Under the pieces are notes generated by a model. That model was not told where the DNA came from, searched no databases, and saw only the letters and a list, made by a program, of their open reading frames with translations. Shown here one piece after another: positions 27,517 through 37,577 of a stretch of 64,000 nt of DNA. Made by a program: the position numbers and the translations under genes. Each line of letters begins with the position of its first letter. Positions within the stretch are counted from its first letter, which is position 1. Origin of the DNA: Gemmatimonadota bacterium (lineage in GTDB: Bacteria > Gemmatimonadota > Gemmatimonadetes > Palauibacterales > KS3-K002); assembly GCA_039586795.1 (NCBI GenBank), contig JBDHJS010000006.1, forward strand, positions 1-64,000. Reading direction: 5' to 3'.

Positions 27517-28838
27517 GCCGGCCGATCCTGCTGAAGGGCGGTCGTGTCATCGACCCGTCCCAAAACCTGGACGACACGCTCGATCTGCTGGTTGCCGAGG
27601 GGCACATCTCCGGCCCCTGGCGCGGGCTCGAGGTGCCGGATAGCGCCGCGGTGATCGATTGCTCCGGTCTGGTGGTGGCACCGGGGCTGGTCGACCTGCA
27701 CGTGCACCTGCGCGAGCCGGGCGACGAGCACAAGGAGACGATTGCATCGGGCGCTCGGGCGGCTACGGCGGGCGGCTTCACCTCGATCTGCGCCATGCCG
27801 AACACGCGTCCGCCGATCGATGACCCGGCCGCGGTCGGATTCGTGCGGGCGGAGGGCGAGCGCGCCGGCTATGCGCACGTCTACCCGGTGGGCGCGGTGT
27901 CCGTCGGACTCAAGGGCGAAGAGATGACCGAGATCGGTGAGTTGGTGTCCACCGGTGCGGTGGCTGTGACCGACGACGGCCGACCGGTCTACGACACCGG
28001 TCTCCTGCGCCGGACGATGGAGTACATCCAGTCCTTCGACATTCCCTACTTCTCACACTCCGAGGAGCTGGGACTCAGCGGCAACGGCGTGATGAACGAA
28101 GGATCGGTGTCCACATCGCTCGGACTCCGCGGCATCCCCAACGCCGCCGAAGACGTCGCCGTCGCCCGAGATTGCATCACGGCGGAACTAACGGGTGGGC
28201 AACTGCATATCTTACATGTCTCGACCCGCGGGTCCGTCGAGATCATCCGGGCCGCAAAGGCTCGGGGCGTGCGAGTGACCGCCGAGGTCACCCCGCACCA
28301 CCTGACTTTGACGGACGAGGCCGTTCGTGGGTACCGTACTGAGGCCAAGATGAACCCGCCCCTCAGGTCGGCTGCCGACGTGCAGGCGGTGCGCGATGCG
28401 CTCGTGGAAGGCGTGATAGATTGCATTGCGACAGACCACGCGCCCCACCACTATGAGGATAAGGAGTGCGAATTCGATGACGCTCCGTTCGGCATCGTTG
28501 GCCTCGAGACGGCACTGGGTATTTGTATTCGAGAACTCGTCGCGTCCGGGCGTATGGGGCTGCCGGATTTGATCGACCGCATGTCCTGTGTACCGGCCAA
28601 GATCGCTAGACTGCCCGCCGGGACGCTGGCCGAAGGATCGCCCGCCGATATCGTGGTGTTCGACCCCGAAGTAAGATGGACTTGCGAACCGGAGAAGTTC
28701 TTCAGCCTGAGCAGAAACACACCGTTCGCCGGGCAGGAGCTTGTTGGAAGAGTTGCGATGACACTGGTCGGCGGCCGACTCGTCTACGACCCGGATGAGC
28801 GGCTGCCAAGGGGTGGCAAGGAAAGCGAAGATGTCTGA
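27513..28838 (+). CDS. pyrC: Dihydroorotase
   Basis: [30 protein letters not shown]. Confidence 0.96.
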   Translation: MSRPILLKGGRVIDPSQNLDDTLDLLVAEGHISGPWRGLEVPDSAAVIDCSGLVVAPGLVDLHVHLREPGDEHKETIASGARAATAGGFTSICAMPNTRPPIDDPAAVGFVRAEGERAGYAHVYPVGAVSVGLKGEEMTEIGELVSTGAVAVTDDGRPVYDTGLLRRTMEYIQSFDIPYFSHSEELGLSGNGVMNEGSVSTSLGLRGIPNAAEDVAVARDCITAELTGGQLHILHVSTRGSVEIIRAAKARGVRVTAEVTPHHLTLTDEAVRGYRTEAKMNPPLRSAADVQAVRDALVEGVIDCIATDHAPHHYEDKECEFDDAPFGIVGLETALGICIRELVASGRMGLPDLIDRMSCVPAKIARLPAGTLAEGSPADIVVFDPEVRWTCEPEKFFSLSRNTPFAGQELVGRVAMTLVGGRLVYDPDERLPRGGKESEDV

Positions 28839-29784
28839 CGAAGTCCAGAAAGAGATCGACCAGCTCCTGGAAGATCGGGAGAAGTATGTCGCTTGGCTCA
28901 GACGCCTCGACACGGAAAAAGCGACGACAACCGAGCGAGCCTTCGAACGGGTGTACGCGGACTACCAGAAGCGTCTGGATGAGGTCACGCAAGAGCTGAG
29001 CAAGCACTCGGCCGCGGTTCAGGGCCAGCTCGGCGAGCTCGAATCGAGCGTCGCCGAGCTGGAGGGCAAACGAGCCGCCTGGGCCGAAGAGTTGGACGAG
29101 GCGCAGCTACGACGCAGCGTCGGCGAGTTCGGCGACGACAAGGAATGGGCGGAGCTGGAGAGCCGCCTGCTGGGGTCGATGCGCGAGGTCGAGCGGCAGC
29201 TCGACAGTACCCGTTCGGAGATCGAGCGGCTGAAGGAGATCGCGACATTGGCTCAGGGGGAAGAGCCTCAACCGGCCATCGCGGAGCCGACGCCGCCGCC
29301 ACCGCCGCCACCACCGCCGCAGCCTGAACCGGAGCCCGTCCTGACCGAGCCCGAGGCGCCCGTGGAGATGGAGCTTGCGGCCCCGGAGCCCGCCGTGCTG
29401 GAGCCGGAGCCAGTTGCCGAAGGTTTCGATCTCTCGAATGACGGAGAGGGGTTCGTCTCCCTCGAAGCGCTGGTGCTCGAAGACAAAGACACCGGTGACG
29501 CGCTGGTGAGCGAGCCGCCGGCGGAACCCGCTGCGGAAGAACCGCCGGCCGCCGAATCCGAGGCGGGCGGTGGAGGCGTCACCGACGAGCTGGCGTTTCT
29601 GGAGTCCCTATCGCTGGGCGGCGGCGCCGCCGAGGCACCCAAGGGCGACCCGGAGTCCTTCTCATTCCTCGAGCAGCACGGCAGTGGCACGCCGCAGACG
29701 ATCATCTGCCCGCACTGCTCCGCGGCCAACGACCCGGCCGAGTGGTATTGCACCGAATGCGGGGAAGAGCTGCCCGCCGAATGA
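28831..29784 (+). CDS. Coiled-coil / Pro-Glu-rich linker / C-terminal zinc-ribbon protein
   Basis: Overlaps pyrC stop; helical N-terminal half; poly-Pro acidic linker; CPHC...CTEC. Confidence 0.75.
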   Translation: MSDEVQKEIDQLLEDREKYVAWLRRLDTEKATTTERAFERVYADYQKRLDEVTQELSKHSAAVQGQLGELESSVAELEGKRAAWAEELDEAQLRRSVGEFGDDKEWAELESRLLGSMREVERQLDSTRSEIERLKEIATLAQGEEPQPAIAEPTPPPPPPPPPQPEPEPVLTEPEAPVEMELAAPEPAVLEPEPVAEGFDLSNDGEGFVSLEALVLEDKDTGDALVSEPPAEPAAEEPPAAESEAGGGGVTDELAFLESLSLGGGAAEAPKGDPESFSFLEQHGSGTPQTIICPHCSAANDPAEWYCTECGEELPAE

Positions 29785-29832
29785 TGGGGGGAATCGGGAG
29801 TCGGAGTTCTGATTCCCCAGAATATCGAACGC

Positions 29833-29955
29833 AATTGTCGAAGCTGATTCGACGATTCCCTCATTGCGGATTCCACGAACCGGAACATTAGCCGCCGTCC
29901 CTTCAGCTTCCGCGACTCCAGAATGAGGGATTCGTTGAATCCGCTTCGATGATTC
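29833..29955. repeat. Two inverted copies of ~45-55 bp family D repeat
   Basis: 29833-29886 (minus) and 29908-29955 (plus) both match 45250-45304. Confidence 0.8.
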
Positions 29956-29960
29956 CCACC

Positions 29961-30007
29961 AAAAAAAACCCGAGGCGAGCAGAAACCCTCCACTCGCCTC
30001 GGGCTTT
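29961..30007 (-). terminator. rpsT intrinsic terminator
   Basis: cccgaggcgag/ctcgcctcggg stem with A8 tract on plus strand (U8 on minus). Confidence 0.8.
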
Positions 30008-30026
30008 GATCTATTGAGGAGCTGTT

Positions 30027-30290
30027 TTACGCGGTGCCGCCCAGCTTCTGAACGTGTACCGCCAGCCGCCCCTTCGACCGGTTCGCCACGTTCTTGTGGA
30101 TCAGGCCGCGGGCCGCCGCCCGATCCAGCAGGCGGGCCGCTTCCTTATAAGCATCGGCCGCCGCACCGGGCTCCGACGCATCCCGTACTTTCTTCAGGGC
30201 GGTGCGCAGTCGGCTGCGGGCCGCCTTGTTATGCTCGCGGCGCCGTTCATTCTGGCGCAGGCGCTTGATTGCGGACTTCGTGTTCGGCAC
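30027..30290 (-). CDS. rpsT: 30S ribosomal protein S20
   Basis: MPNTKSAIKR...IHKNVANRSK. Confidence 0.96.
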   Translation of the reverse strand: MPNTKSAIKRLRQNERRREHNKAARSRLRTALKKVRDASEPGAAADAYKEAARLLDRAAARGLIHKNVANRSKGRLAVHVQKLGGTA

Positions 30291-30393
30291 GTGTTCTCCA
30301 GTGTTTCTCTTATTCTGCTAAACCGGAAAGACTGCGCTTCTGCGGCCACGGGGACCGCGCTGGCGCACCTCTCTTCGGTTGGAAAGCCGCGTA

Positions 30394-30468
30394 AGGATAT
30401 TCCGGCGCTCGCAGGGTGTCAACCCGCGAAAGTCTAGCTTTGACACGGCATTTGGCGTCCTATAACTT
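30394..30468. promoter_or_regulatory. Back-to-back sigma70 promoters for rpsT and scpA
   Basis: Minus TTGACA(30422-30417)-N17-TATCCT; plus TTGACA(30440)-N17-TAACTT. Confidence 0.6.
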
Positions 30469-30567
30469 CTAGCCATAGTGATCCGGAACAATCGAAGGCT
30501 ACTGCTGGACAGGGGCTCACCTGTGGGGACGGTGCACCGCTCGGTGCAACGAGGGGACGGGTAGCTG

Positions 30568-31353
30568 GTGGAAGTGATTGGCAAGAAGGTGCGGCTGCCG
30601 TCGCCGGCGGCGTCGCGCATCGTCGAGGCGGACGACCGGTTCGTCGTGGAGCTCGAGCGCTTCCAGGGGCCTCTCGACCTTCTGCTGCACCTGATTCGCT
30701 CCCAGGATATCGACATCTTCGATATCCCGATCGGCGACATCACCGAGCAGTTCATCAAGGCGATAGAAGGCGTCGAAGACAGCGTCTCGCTCGAGCGAGC
30801 TGGTGAGTTCCTCGAGATGGCGGCGACGCTGGTTCGCATCAAAGCCCAGATGCTGCTGCCCCGGCGCGACGACCTGCTCGAAGACCAGGACCCGCGCTCC
30901 GAGTTGGTGCGGCGTCTGCTCGAGTACGAGTTCTTCCGCGAGATGGCGCATGCGCTGTCCGCCGCCGAGGCGGAGCGAGCGCTGCATCGCCCGAAGGGTT
31001 ACGTCGAGCCACGGCCATCTCCAGATATGGGTGAGCTCCCGCTCCAGCTTTCGCTGGAAGAATTCGTCGCGGCCGCCATCTCGCTGCCAGCGCCACCCGA
31101 GCGCAAACCGCACCGGGCGCCGGTACGGCCGGTCACGGTGGACGAGAAGATCGATTTGTGGTTCAGGGTGCTCAAGGAAAAGACGCGCGTACCGTTCGAG
31201 TGGTTCATGCGGCGTTGGAAGACCCGGATCCACGCTGTCATGTCGTTCCTCGCCGCGCTCGAGCTAGCGAAGCGAGGAAAGGTCCGTCTGAACCAGGAAC
31301 GTCACTTCGGAACTCTATGGGTCAATCGCGGTGAATCCGACGAGGATAGTTGA
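30568..31353 (+). CDS. scpA: Segregation and condensation protein A
   Basis: FQGPLDLLLHLI, AGEFLEMAATLVRIKA, FLAALEL; start approximate. Confidence 0.92.
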   Translation: MEVIGKKVRLPSPAASRIVEADDRFVVELERFQGPLDLLLHLIRSQDIDIFDIPIGDITEQFIKAIEGVEDSVSLERAGEFLEMAATLVRIKAQMLLPRRDDLLEDQDPRSELVRRLLEYEFFREMAHALSAAEAERALHRPKGYVEPRPSPDMGELPLQLSLEEFVAAAISLPAPPERKPHRAPVRPVTVDEKIDLWFRVLKEKTRVPFEWFMRRWKTRIHAVMSFLAALELAKRGKVRLNQERHFGTLWVNRGESDEDS

Positions 31354-31861
31354 AGCCATACTGCTAGCCAGCGAGACGCCGTTGGCTCCTAAAGAGATCG
31401 CTCGCGCCAGCACCGACCTCTCCACCAAAGACGTCGAGGACGCGATCTCCGAGCTTGCTCGCGAGTACGAGGCGGACGACCGCGCGTTCCAGATCTATCC
31501 GCTGGGCGACGGCTACCAAATCCTGACAAGGCCCGAGTACGCACCCTACCTCGAGCGCTTTGACTCGATCACCCGTACCAACAAGTTGTCGCGAGCGGCA
31601 CTCGAAACGCTGGCGATCATCGCCTACCGCCAACCCGTCGGCCGGCTCCAGATCGAGGAGCTCCGCGGCGTCAGCGCGGCCGGCGTGCTTCGCAACCTGC
31701 AGGAACGTGGCCTGATCGACATCGTGGGCCGTGCCGAGGGCCTGGGTCGGCCGCTGCTCTACGGGACCAACGAGAAATTCCTGGACCACTTTGGGTTGCG
31801 GTCCCTGGAAGACCTGCCCCAGCCGCAAGAGCTTCAGATCGCGCTGCGGGCAGAGGAATGA
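31331..31861 (+). CDS. scpB: Segregation and condensation protein B
   Basis: LSRAALETLAIIAYRQP, GRPLLYGT..FL..FGL. Confidence 0.95.
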   Translation: MNPTRIVEAILLASETPLAPKEIARASTDLSTKDVEDAISELAREYEADDRAFQIYPLGDGYQILTRPEYAPYLERFDSITRTNKLSRAALETLAIIAYRQPVGRLQIEELRGVSAAGVLRNLQERGLIDIVGRAEGLGRPLLYGTNEKFLDHFGLRSLEDLPQPQELQIALRAEE

Positions 31862-32634
31862 CCGTGGACGCGCCTCGAGCTGAAGAGGCGGTTCGCTTAC
31901 AGAAGTATCTGTCGCGTGCGGGGGTCGCCTCCCGTCGCGAAGCGGAGAAGCTGATCACCAGCGGCCGCGTCAGCATCGACGGCACCGTGGTGACAGAGCT
32001 CGGCACCCGAGTTGTGCCTGGCGTTCAGGTCGTGCATGTCGACGGCGTGCGGGTCGAAGTCGGTCGGCTCCGCTGGATCGCCGTCTGCAAGCCTCCAGGA
32101 TACCTGACGACCCGCAAGGACGATCGCGGTCGCCCGACGGTATACGACCTGTTGCCGGCCGGCAGTAACGACCTGTTTCACGTTGGTCGACTGGATCGTT
32201 TGACCGAGGGCCTGCTAATCTTCACGAACGAGGGAGAGGCGGCCCATCGGTTGTTGCATCCGAGGTACGAGATCCCAAGACGCTATCGCGTTGAGGTGGA
32301 CGGCGTCGCCGGCGGCGCGGAAGCGCGCCGACTCGAGCGCGGCGTCGCACTCGATGACGGAGTCGCGACCGCCGAGGACGTGACGGTCAAGTCGCGCAAA
32401 CGCGGCGCGAAATCGACGGCCGAGTTCCACCTCACGTTGCGCGAAGGACGGAAACGAGAAGTCCGCCGTATGATGGAAGCTCTCGACCTTCCGGTCAGGC
32501 GGCTCGTTCGCGTCTCGTTCGGCCCCATCGAGCTGGGCGAGCTGAGGCCGGGTTCGTGGAGAGAGTTGAGCGCTGAAGAGATCCGTGCGCTCCGTGCGGC
32601 GGTCGGGATGGGGGAATCCGATGGAGATTCGTAA
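31858..32634 (+). CDS. rluB: rRNA pseudouridine synthase (RluB/RsuA family)
   Basis: RLQKYLSRAGVASRR S4 domain, VGRLD, EGRKREVRRM; position after scpAB. Confidence 0.85.
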   Translation: MTVDAPRAEEAVRLQKYLSRAGVASRREAEKLITSGRVSIDGTVVTELGTRVVPGVQVVHVDGVRVEVGRLRWIAVCKPPGYLTTRKDDRGRPTVYDLLPAGSNDLFHVGRLDRLTEGLLIFTNEGEAAHRLLHPRYEIPRRYRVEVDGVAGGAEARRLERGVALDDGVATAEDVTVKSRKRGAKSTAEFHLTLREGRKREVRRMMEALDLPVRRLVRVSFGPIELGELRPGSWRELSAEEIRALRAAVGMGESDGDS

Positions 32635-34270
32635 CACTAGAGTCCTGTTACTTGGCGGCTCCGGGCTGGTCGGCATGGCGATCGCCCGGGAGATGCTGCC
32701 CTACGAGCCGGCGCGCCTGACGATCACCGCGCTCAGCGAAGTGGAGACCGCTGGGCCGTTCGCCGCATTGCAACAGCTCGCCGGTCCCAAGACCGAGGTC
32801 GCCCGCGCTTGGGGCGATCTGTTCGTTGCTGCGGAATTCAAGGACACGCCCCGACGTGAGCTCGTCGAATCGCACGAGATGCGTCAGCGCCTGCTCGACG
32901 ACATCTACGGTCCCCTCGATCGAGAGCGGTTGGAGCGCTCGTTCTTTCACCAGCTGCTGCTCAGCGAGAAGCCCGACATCATCATCGACTGCGTGAACAC
33001 GGCTACGGCGATCGCCTATCAAGACGTGTTCAGCAGCGTCAAGGAAGTTCGGTCCGCCCTGGATGCGGACGGTGATGCCGCCGACATCGTCGAGCGTCAT
33101 CTGACCGTGCTCTACATGCCCCAGCTGATCCGCCACGTGCGGATCCTGTTGGAGGCGCTGCGCGAGGCGGGGGTCGAGTTCTATCTGAAAGTCGGCACAT
33201 CCGGTACCGGCGGCATGGGGCTCAACGTGCCGTTCACCCACTCGGAGACCCGGCCATCCAACATGTTGCTGGCCAAGTCGAGCGTGGCGGGCGCGCATTC
33301 GCTGCTTCTCTTCCTTACGGCGCGCACGCCCGGCGCGCCCGCGGTCAAGGAGATCAAGCCGACCGCCGCCATCGCCTGGAAGGGGATCGGGTCCGGCCCG
33401 CTCAAGTGGCGGGGCAAAGAGGTCAAGCGCTTCGACTCGGCGAAGCCGGTCCCCTTGGAGGGGGCGCTCGATGCCGATGCCGACGCCTGGACAGATCTCG
33501 GTGATGACCTGGAAGCCGTCTATATCGATATGGGCGAGAACGGTCTGTTCAGCCGTGACGAGTTCGAGGCGATCTCGGCGCTGGGCCTGATGGAGCTGGT
33601 GACGACAGAAGAGATCGCCACCGTCGTGTTGCGTGAGATCCGCGGACAGCCCACCGGCCTCGATGTGGTCTCGGCGATCGACGGCGCCGCCATGGGTCCG
33701 ACGTACCGTGGTGGCGTGTTGCGCGAGCTGGCGCTCCGACGGCTGGAGGAGCTGGAGGAGGAAACCGGTTCCCGCAGTGTCGCGTTCGAGATGCTCGGAC
33801 CGCCGCGCCTCAGCAAGCTGCTGTTCGAAGCGCATATTCTGGAGACGATCTTCGGAACGCTCGACGCGGCGGCGGAGCTCGACCCGGACCAAACGGCTTG
33901 CGCTGCCGAATCTCTGTTGCGCGAAGACGATAAGACGCGGATCAACATCCTGTCGATCGGTCTGCCGATACTCAGCGCCGACGGCAAAACCGTGATGCGC
34001 GGACCCGAGGTCAAGTCGCGACCCGAACCCGGCGCATCCGTCGACGATCGAATCATCTCACGCGGCTGGGTCGATCTCAGGCCATCGAATTGGGCGATGT
34101 GGCAGGACCGGATCAGCCGCTACCTGAACGAATTGAAGTCGCAGCCGGGCCCGGACGAGGGCTCCATCGCCGACGCGGATCTGGCCAGCCGTTCGGGCCG
34201 AATCCGCCCTGGCGCCGCCGCGGCCTGGATATTCAAGTTCGAGGACGGTGGCATTCGCGTGAAGCGTTGA
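32621..34270 (+). CDS. Large Rossmann-fold protein of unknown function
   Basis: LLGGSGLVG dinucleotide-binding motif; KVGTSGTGGMGLN; ENGLFS; VAFEMLGPP. Confidence 0.65.
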   Translation: MEIRNTRVLLLGGSGLVGMAIAREMLPYEPARLTITALSEVETAGPFAALQQLAGPKTEVARAWGDLFVAAEFKDTPRRELVESHEMRQRLLDDIYGPLDRERLERSFFHQLLLSEKPDIIIDCVNTATAIAYQDVFSSVKEVRSALDADGDAADIVERHLTVLYMPQLIRHVRILLEALREAGVEFYLKVGTSGTGGMGLNVPFTHSETRPSNMLLAKSSVAGAHSLLLFLTARTPGAPAVKEIKPTAAIAWKGIGSGPLKWRGKEVKRFDSAKPVPLEGALDADADAWTDLGDDLEAVYIDMGENGLFSRDEFEAISALGLMELVTTEEIATVVLREIRGQPTGLDVVSAIDGAAMGPTYRGGVLRELALRRLEELEEETGSRSVAFEMLGPPRLSKLLFEAHILETIFGTLDAAAELDPDQTACAAESLLREDDKTRINILSIGLPILSADGKTVMRGPEVKSRPEPGASVDDRIISRGWVDLRPSNWAMWQDRISRYLNELKSQPGPDEGSIADADLASRSGRIRPGAAAAWIFKFEDGGIRVKR

Positions 34271-34332
34271 TCGCCGCGCCAACGTAGTATTCAACGTCAG
34301 AACGATCGACCAAACCGAGGACGCGACCCCGG

Positions 34333-35424
34333 ATGGCAGACGACGTCAAGCTGGAAGAGCAGGAAGAGCGGCCGGACGATCAGGAACAGCCGGTCGAAGG
34401 CGAGTTGGCCGACGAAGGCGAGCTCGCGGAGGACGGCACGGAGCAGCCTGGCCTCGAGCCCGTGGTCAGCACGGCCGGCCTCGAGCTCGCCGAGGCGATC
34501 ATGGGTCAGGTGCGCAAACGCATCGTCGGCCAGGAGTACATGGTCGAGCGCATCCTGATCGGCCTGCTGACCGGCGGCCACGTGCTCCTCGAGGGAGTGC
34601 CCGGCCTTGCCAAGACGCTGACCATTAAGACGATCGCCGAGACGATCGACACGAGCTTCCAGCGTATCCAGTTCACGCCGGATCTGCTTCCCGCCGACCT
34701 GATCGGCACGATGATCTACAACCAGAAGACGGGTGACTTCGAGCCGCGTCATGGTCCAATATTCGCCAACATACTCTTGGCCGACGAGGTGAACCGCGCG
34801 CCGGCGAAAGTGCAGTCGGCGATGCTCGAGGCGATGCAGGAACACCAGGTCACGTTCGGCGGCCAATCGTTCGCCCTCGATGAGCCGTTCCTCGTCCTCG
34901 CGACGCAGAACCCGATCGAGCAAGAGGGCACCTATCCGTTGCCCGAGGCGCAGGTCGACCGTTTCATGCTCAAGATCAAGATCAGCTACCCGTCGCGTGA
35001 CGAAGAGAAGCAGATCATGCTACGCATGTCGTCGGGTGATCCGATTCCCGTTGGCTCCGTGACGGACCCCGAAGCGATCGAGCAGGCCCGCAGCGATATC
35101 GCTCGCCTTTACATGGACGACAAGATCGCCGACTACATCGTTGATCTCGTTCACGCCAGTCGCGAACCGGCCGAGTATGGCGTACCCGAGCTCGTGCCGC
35201 TCATCGAGTATGGCGCATCGCCCCGCGCCACCATCTACCTGGCCCAAACGAGTCGCGCACACGCCTACCTGCACGGCCGGGGCTACGTGATCCCCGATGA
35301 TGTAAAGGCCGTCGCTTCGGATGTACTCCGTCACCGGATCATCACCACCTATGAAGCGGAAGCCGAAGAAGTAACCTCCGACGAGATCGTAAGGAGAGTG
35401 CTAGAAGCGGTTGATGTCCCCTAG
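34333..35424 (+). CDS. MoxR family AAA+ ATPase
   Basis: LLEGVPGLAKT, RIQFTPDLLPAD, LADEVNR, ATQNPIEQEGTYPLPEAQ. Confidence 0.96.
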   Translation: MADDVKLEEQEERPDDQEQPVEGELADEGELAEDGTEQPGLEPVVSTAGLELAEAIMGQVRKRIVGQEYMVERILIGLLTGGHVLLEGVPGLAKTLTIKTIAETIDTSFQRIQFTPDLLPADLIGTMIYNQKTGDFEPRHGPIFANILLADEVNRAPAKVQSAMLEAMQEHQVTFGGQSFALDEPFLVLATQNPIEQEGTYPLPEAQVDRFMLKIKISYPSRDEEKQIMLRMSSGDPIPVGSVTDPEAIEQARSDIARLYMDDKIADYIVDLVHASREPAEYGVPELVPLIEYGASPRATIYLAQTSRAHAYLHGRGYVIPDDVKAVASDVLRHRIITTYEAEAEEVTSDEIVRRVLEAVDVP

Positions 35425-35429
35425 AGCGC

Positions 35430-35559
35430 TACCGACAATCGTCGTTCGACGCCCGGCGAACGACGCAACGAACGTCGACCCCGAACCTCGTGCGTCGAAC
35501 GTCGATCGCCGAATTGTCCTCGACCGCCGAGCGACCGCTGTCGGCTGTCGAAATAGTCC
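35430..35559. repeat. CGA-rich element, family C copy 2 (inverted relative to copy 1)
   Basis: Reverse complement ggactatttcgacagccgacagcggtcgctcggcggtcgaggacaattcggcgatcgacg resembles 20273-20346. Confidence 0.7.
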
Positions 35560-35565
35560 AATCCG

Positions 35566-36465
35566 ATGACTCAGACAACCCAATCCGTCCCAAGGGAAGT
35601 GCTGCGGCAAGTCAAGCTGATCGAGCTACGCACCCGCGGATTGGTCAACACTCTATTCAGCGGAGAGTACCAGGCGGTCTTCAAAGGCCAGGGGATGGAG
35701 TTCGCCGAGGTCCGCGAGTACGCGCCAGGCGACGAGTACCGGACGATCGACTGGAACGTCTCCGCCCGCATGGGTCATCCCTACGTCAAGAAGTACACCG
35801 AGGAGCGCGAGCTCACCGTGATGTTCGCCGTCGACCTGTCGGGCTCCGAGCAGTTCGGGACCCGCGGTCGCTTCAAGGCGGAACTGGCGGCGGAGGTCGC
35901 CGCTGTCCTGGCCATGGCGGCGATCAAGAACAACGATCGTGTCGGCCTCCTATCGTTCACGGACCGCATCGAGGAGTTCGTACCGCCAAAGAAGGGGCGT
36001 CGCCACGCGCTGCGTCTCATCCGAGATCTGCTGGCGTTCAAGCCGTCCGGCGTCGGTACCGATCTGTCCGTAGCTCTCGACTATCTCGGTCGCATACTCC
36101 GCCACCGCGCCATTGTCTTTCTGATCTCCGATTTCATCGATGATGACTTCGAGAAATCGTTGAAAGTCATCAGTCGCCGCCACGACATCGTTGCGGTCAC
36201 CGTATCGGATCCCAGCGAACTGGCCATACCGGACGTCGGCTATCTCGAGCTCATCGATGCAGAAACCGACAACCGGGTCGTCCTCGACTCGGGTAACCGC
36301 TTCGTTCGCGAGCAGTTCGAGTCGATGGCGAATGAGGAAGAGGTCCGACTTCGCCGACTCTTCAGGCGTCTATCGATCGATAGAATCGAAATCCAAACGG
36401 ATCGCTCCTACGTGAAGCCGCTGATCGAGTTCTTCAGGGCTAGGGAGCGAAAGCGCGTCCGATGA
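35566..36465 (+). CDS. DUF58 (VWA-like) protein of MoxR operons
   Basis: GMEFAEVREY.PGD..R.IDWNV, VDLSGS, FLISDF. Confidence 0.93.
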   Translation: MTQTTQSVPREVLRQVKLIELRTRGLVNTLFSGEYQAVFKGQGMEFAEVREYAPGDEYRTIDWNVSARMGHPYVKKYTEERELTVMFAVDLSGSEQFGTRGRFKAELAAEVAAVLAMAAIKNNDRVGLLSFTDRIEEFVPPKKGRRHALRLIRDLLAFKPSGVGTDLSVALDYLGRILRHRAIVFLISDFIDDDFEKSLKVISRRHDIVAVTVSDPSELAIPDVGYLELIDAETDNRVVLDSGNRFVREQFESMANEEEVRLRRLFRRLSIDRIEIQTDRSYVKPLIEFFRARERKRVR

Positions 36466-37577
36466 TCGCGACGCTCACCGCTCTCGCCCTGCTGCTTCAG
36501 ATGGCCGCTCCCCAGGCCGAGGTTGAAGTGCGGGCCGTGGCCGTCCCCGACAGCGTGAAGATCGGTGAAGAGTTCACGCTCAGCGTCTACGTCAGCGGTT
36601 TCGCCGAAGGGTCCGAAGTTGTCTTCCCGGAGCTTCCCGACACCGGGTCGGTGACCGCTCTCGGGCCGCCGCTGGTCGGGGGCGATCAGCCCACCGATAC
36701 GCTGTTGGCGCTCTACGAGCTCGCCGCCTGGAAAGCCGGCGACCTTCAGGTCCCGGAGGCGGAGCTCGTCATCATCCGTGACGGAGCTGAGCTGACGATC
36801 CCGCTTCCCGAGGTGACCGTCCGTGTCGTGTCTGTTCTGCCGCTGGACGCCGACCCCGACACGTTGGCGTGGGAGCCGCCGGCCGATGTGGTGGGTGCCA
36901 ACTGGAGCCTGCGCGACAAACTGATTGGTGCCGGGCTGGCACTCGCGGCATTGCTCATCGGCTTCGTCTATCTCCGGCGTCGGGTCGCCGCGTACCCCGT
37001 GACACTGCCTCCCGCCAAAACGCCAAGCGAACGCGCGCTGGATGCGCTGGAGCTCATCGCGCAGAGCGGGTTGATCGAGGCCGGCGAGTTGAAGGGTTTC
37101 TATTCGGCGCTGTCTTTCGTGCTCCGGCAGTTCCTCGCCGACACCGAGTACGAGTGGGGGCTCGACCTCACCACCAGCGAGGTGGTGAACGCGGTGGCCA
37201 GCGACGGTGTGACCGATCAGGCCGTTGCGTTGCTCGGCGTGCTCCTCATCGAGGCCGACACCGTGAAGTTTGCCCGCCGCCGACCGTCGCGGGGCAGAGC
37301 CGGCTGGGCGCTCGACGCGGCCCACGGTTGGGTGGCCGACTTCGAACGCGTGGACCGGTTGCCCGATTTCGTGCTCGAGCCCGACGCGGAGCTCGAAGAA
37401 GCGCTGACGGTCAAGCGAGAGGCCGGCCTCAGCATCGACGATAGCGAAGCGCAGCTCGAGGAGATCGACGACATCTTCGCGGATGATGCGGTGGTCGAGG
37501 GCGAGGCCTCTGAGACGGCCAGCCATGCCGAGGATACGTTTGAGGATGACGAGCAAGGGAAGGGGGACGCGACATGA
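36462..37577 (+). CDS. Bat-operon membrane-anchored protein with acidic tail
   Basis: Signal peptide, beta domain, TM, LTTSE..ADTVKFA; position between DUF58 and BatA. Confidence 0.75.
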   Translation: MIATLTALALLLQMAAPQAEVEVRAVAVPDSVKIGEEFTLSVYVSGFAEGSEVVFPELPDTGSVTALGPPLVGGDQPTDTLLALYELAAWKAGDLQVPEAELVIIRDGAELTIPLPEVTVRVVSVLPLDADPDTLAWEPPADVVGANWSLRDKLIGAGLALAALLIGFVYLRRRVAAYPVTLPPAKTPSERALDALELIAQSGLIEAGELKGFYSALSFVLRQFLADTEYEWGLDLTTSEVVNAVASDGVTDQAVALLGVLLIEADTVKFARRRPSRGRAGWALDAAHGWVADFERVDRLPDFVLEPDAELEEALTVKREAGLSIDDSEAQLEEIDDIFADDAVVEGEASETASHAEDTFEDDEQGKGDAT

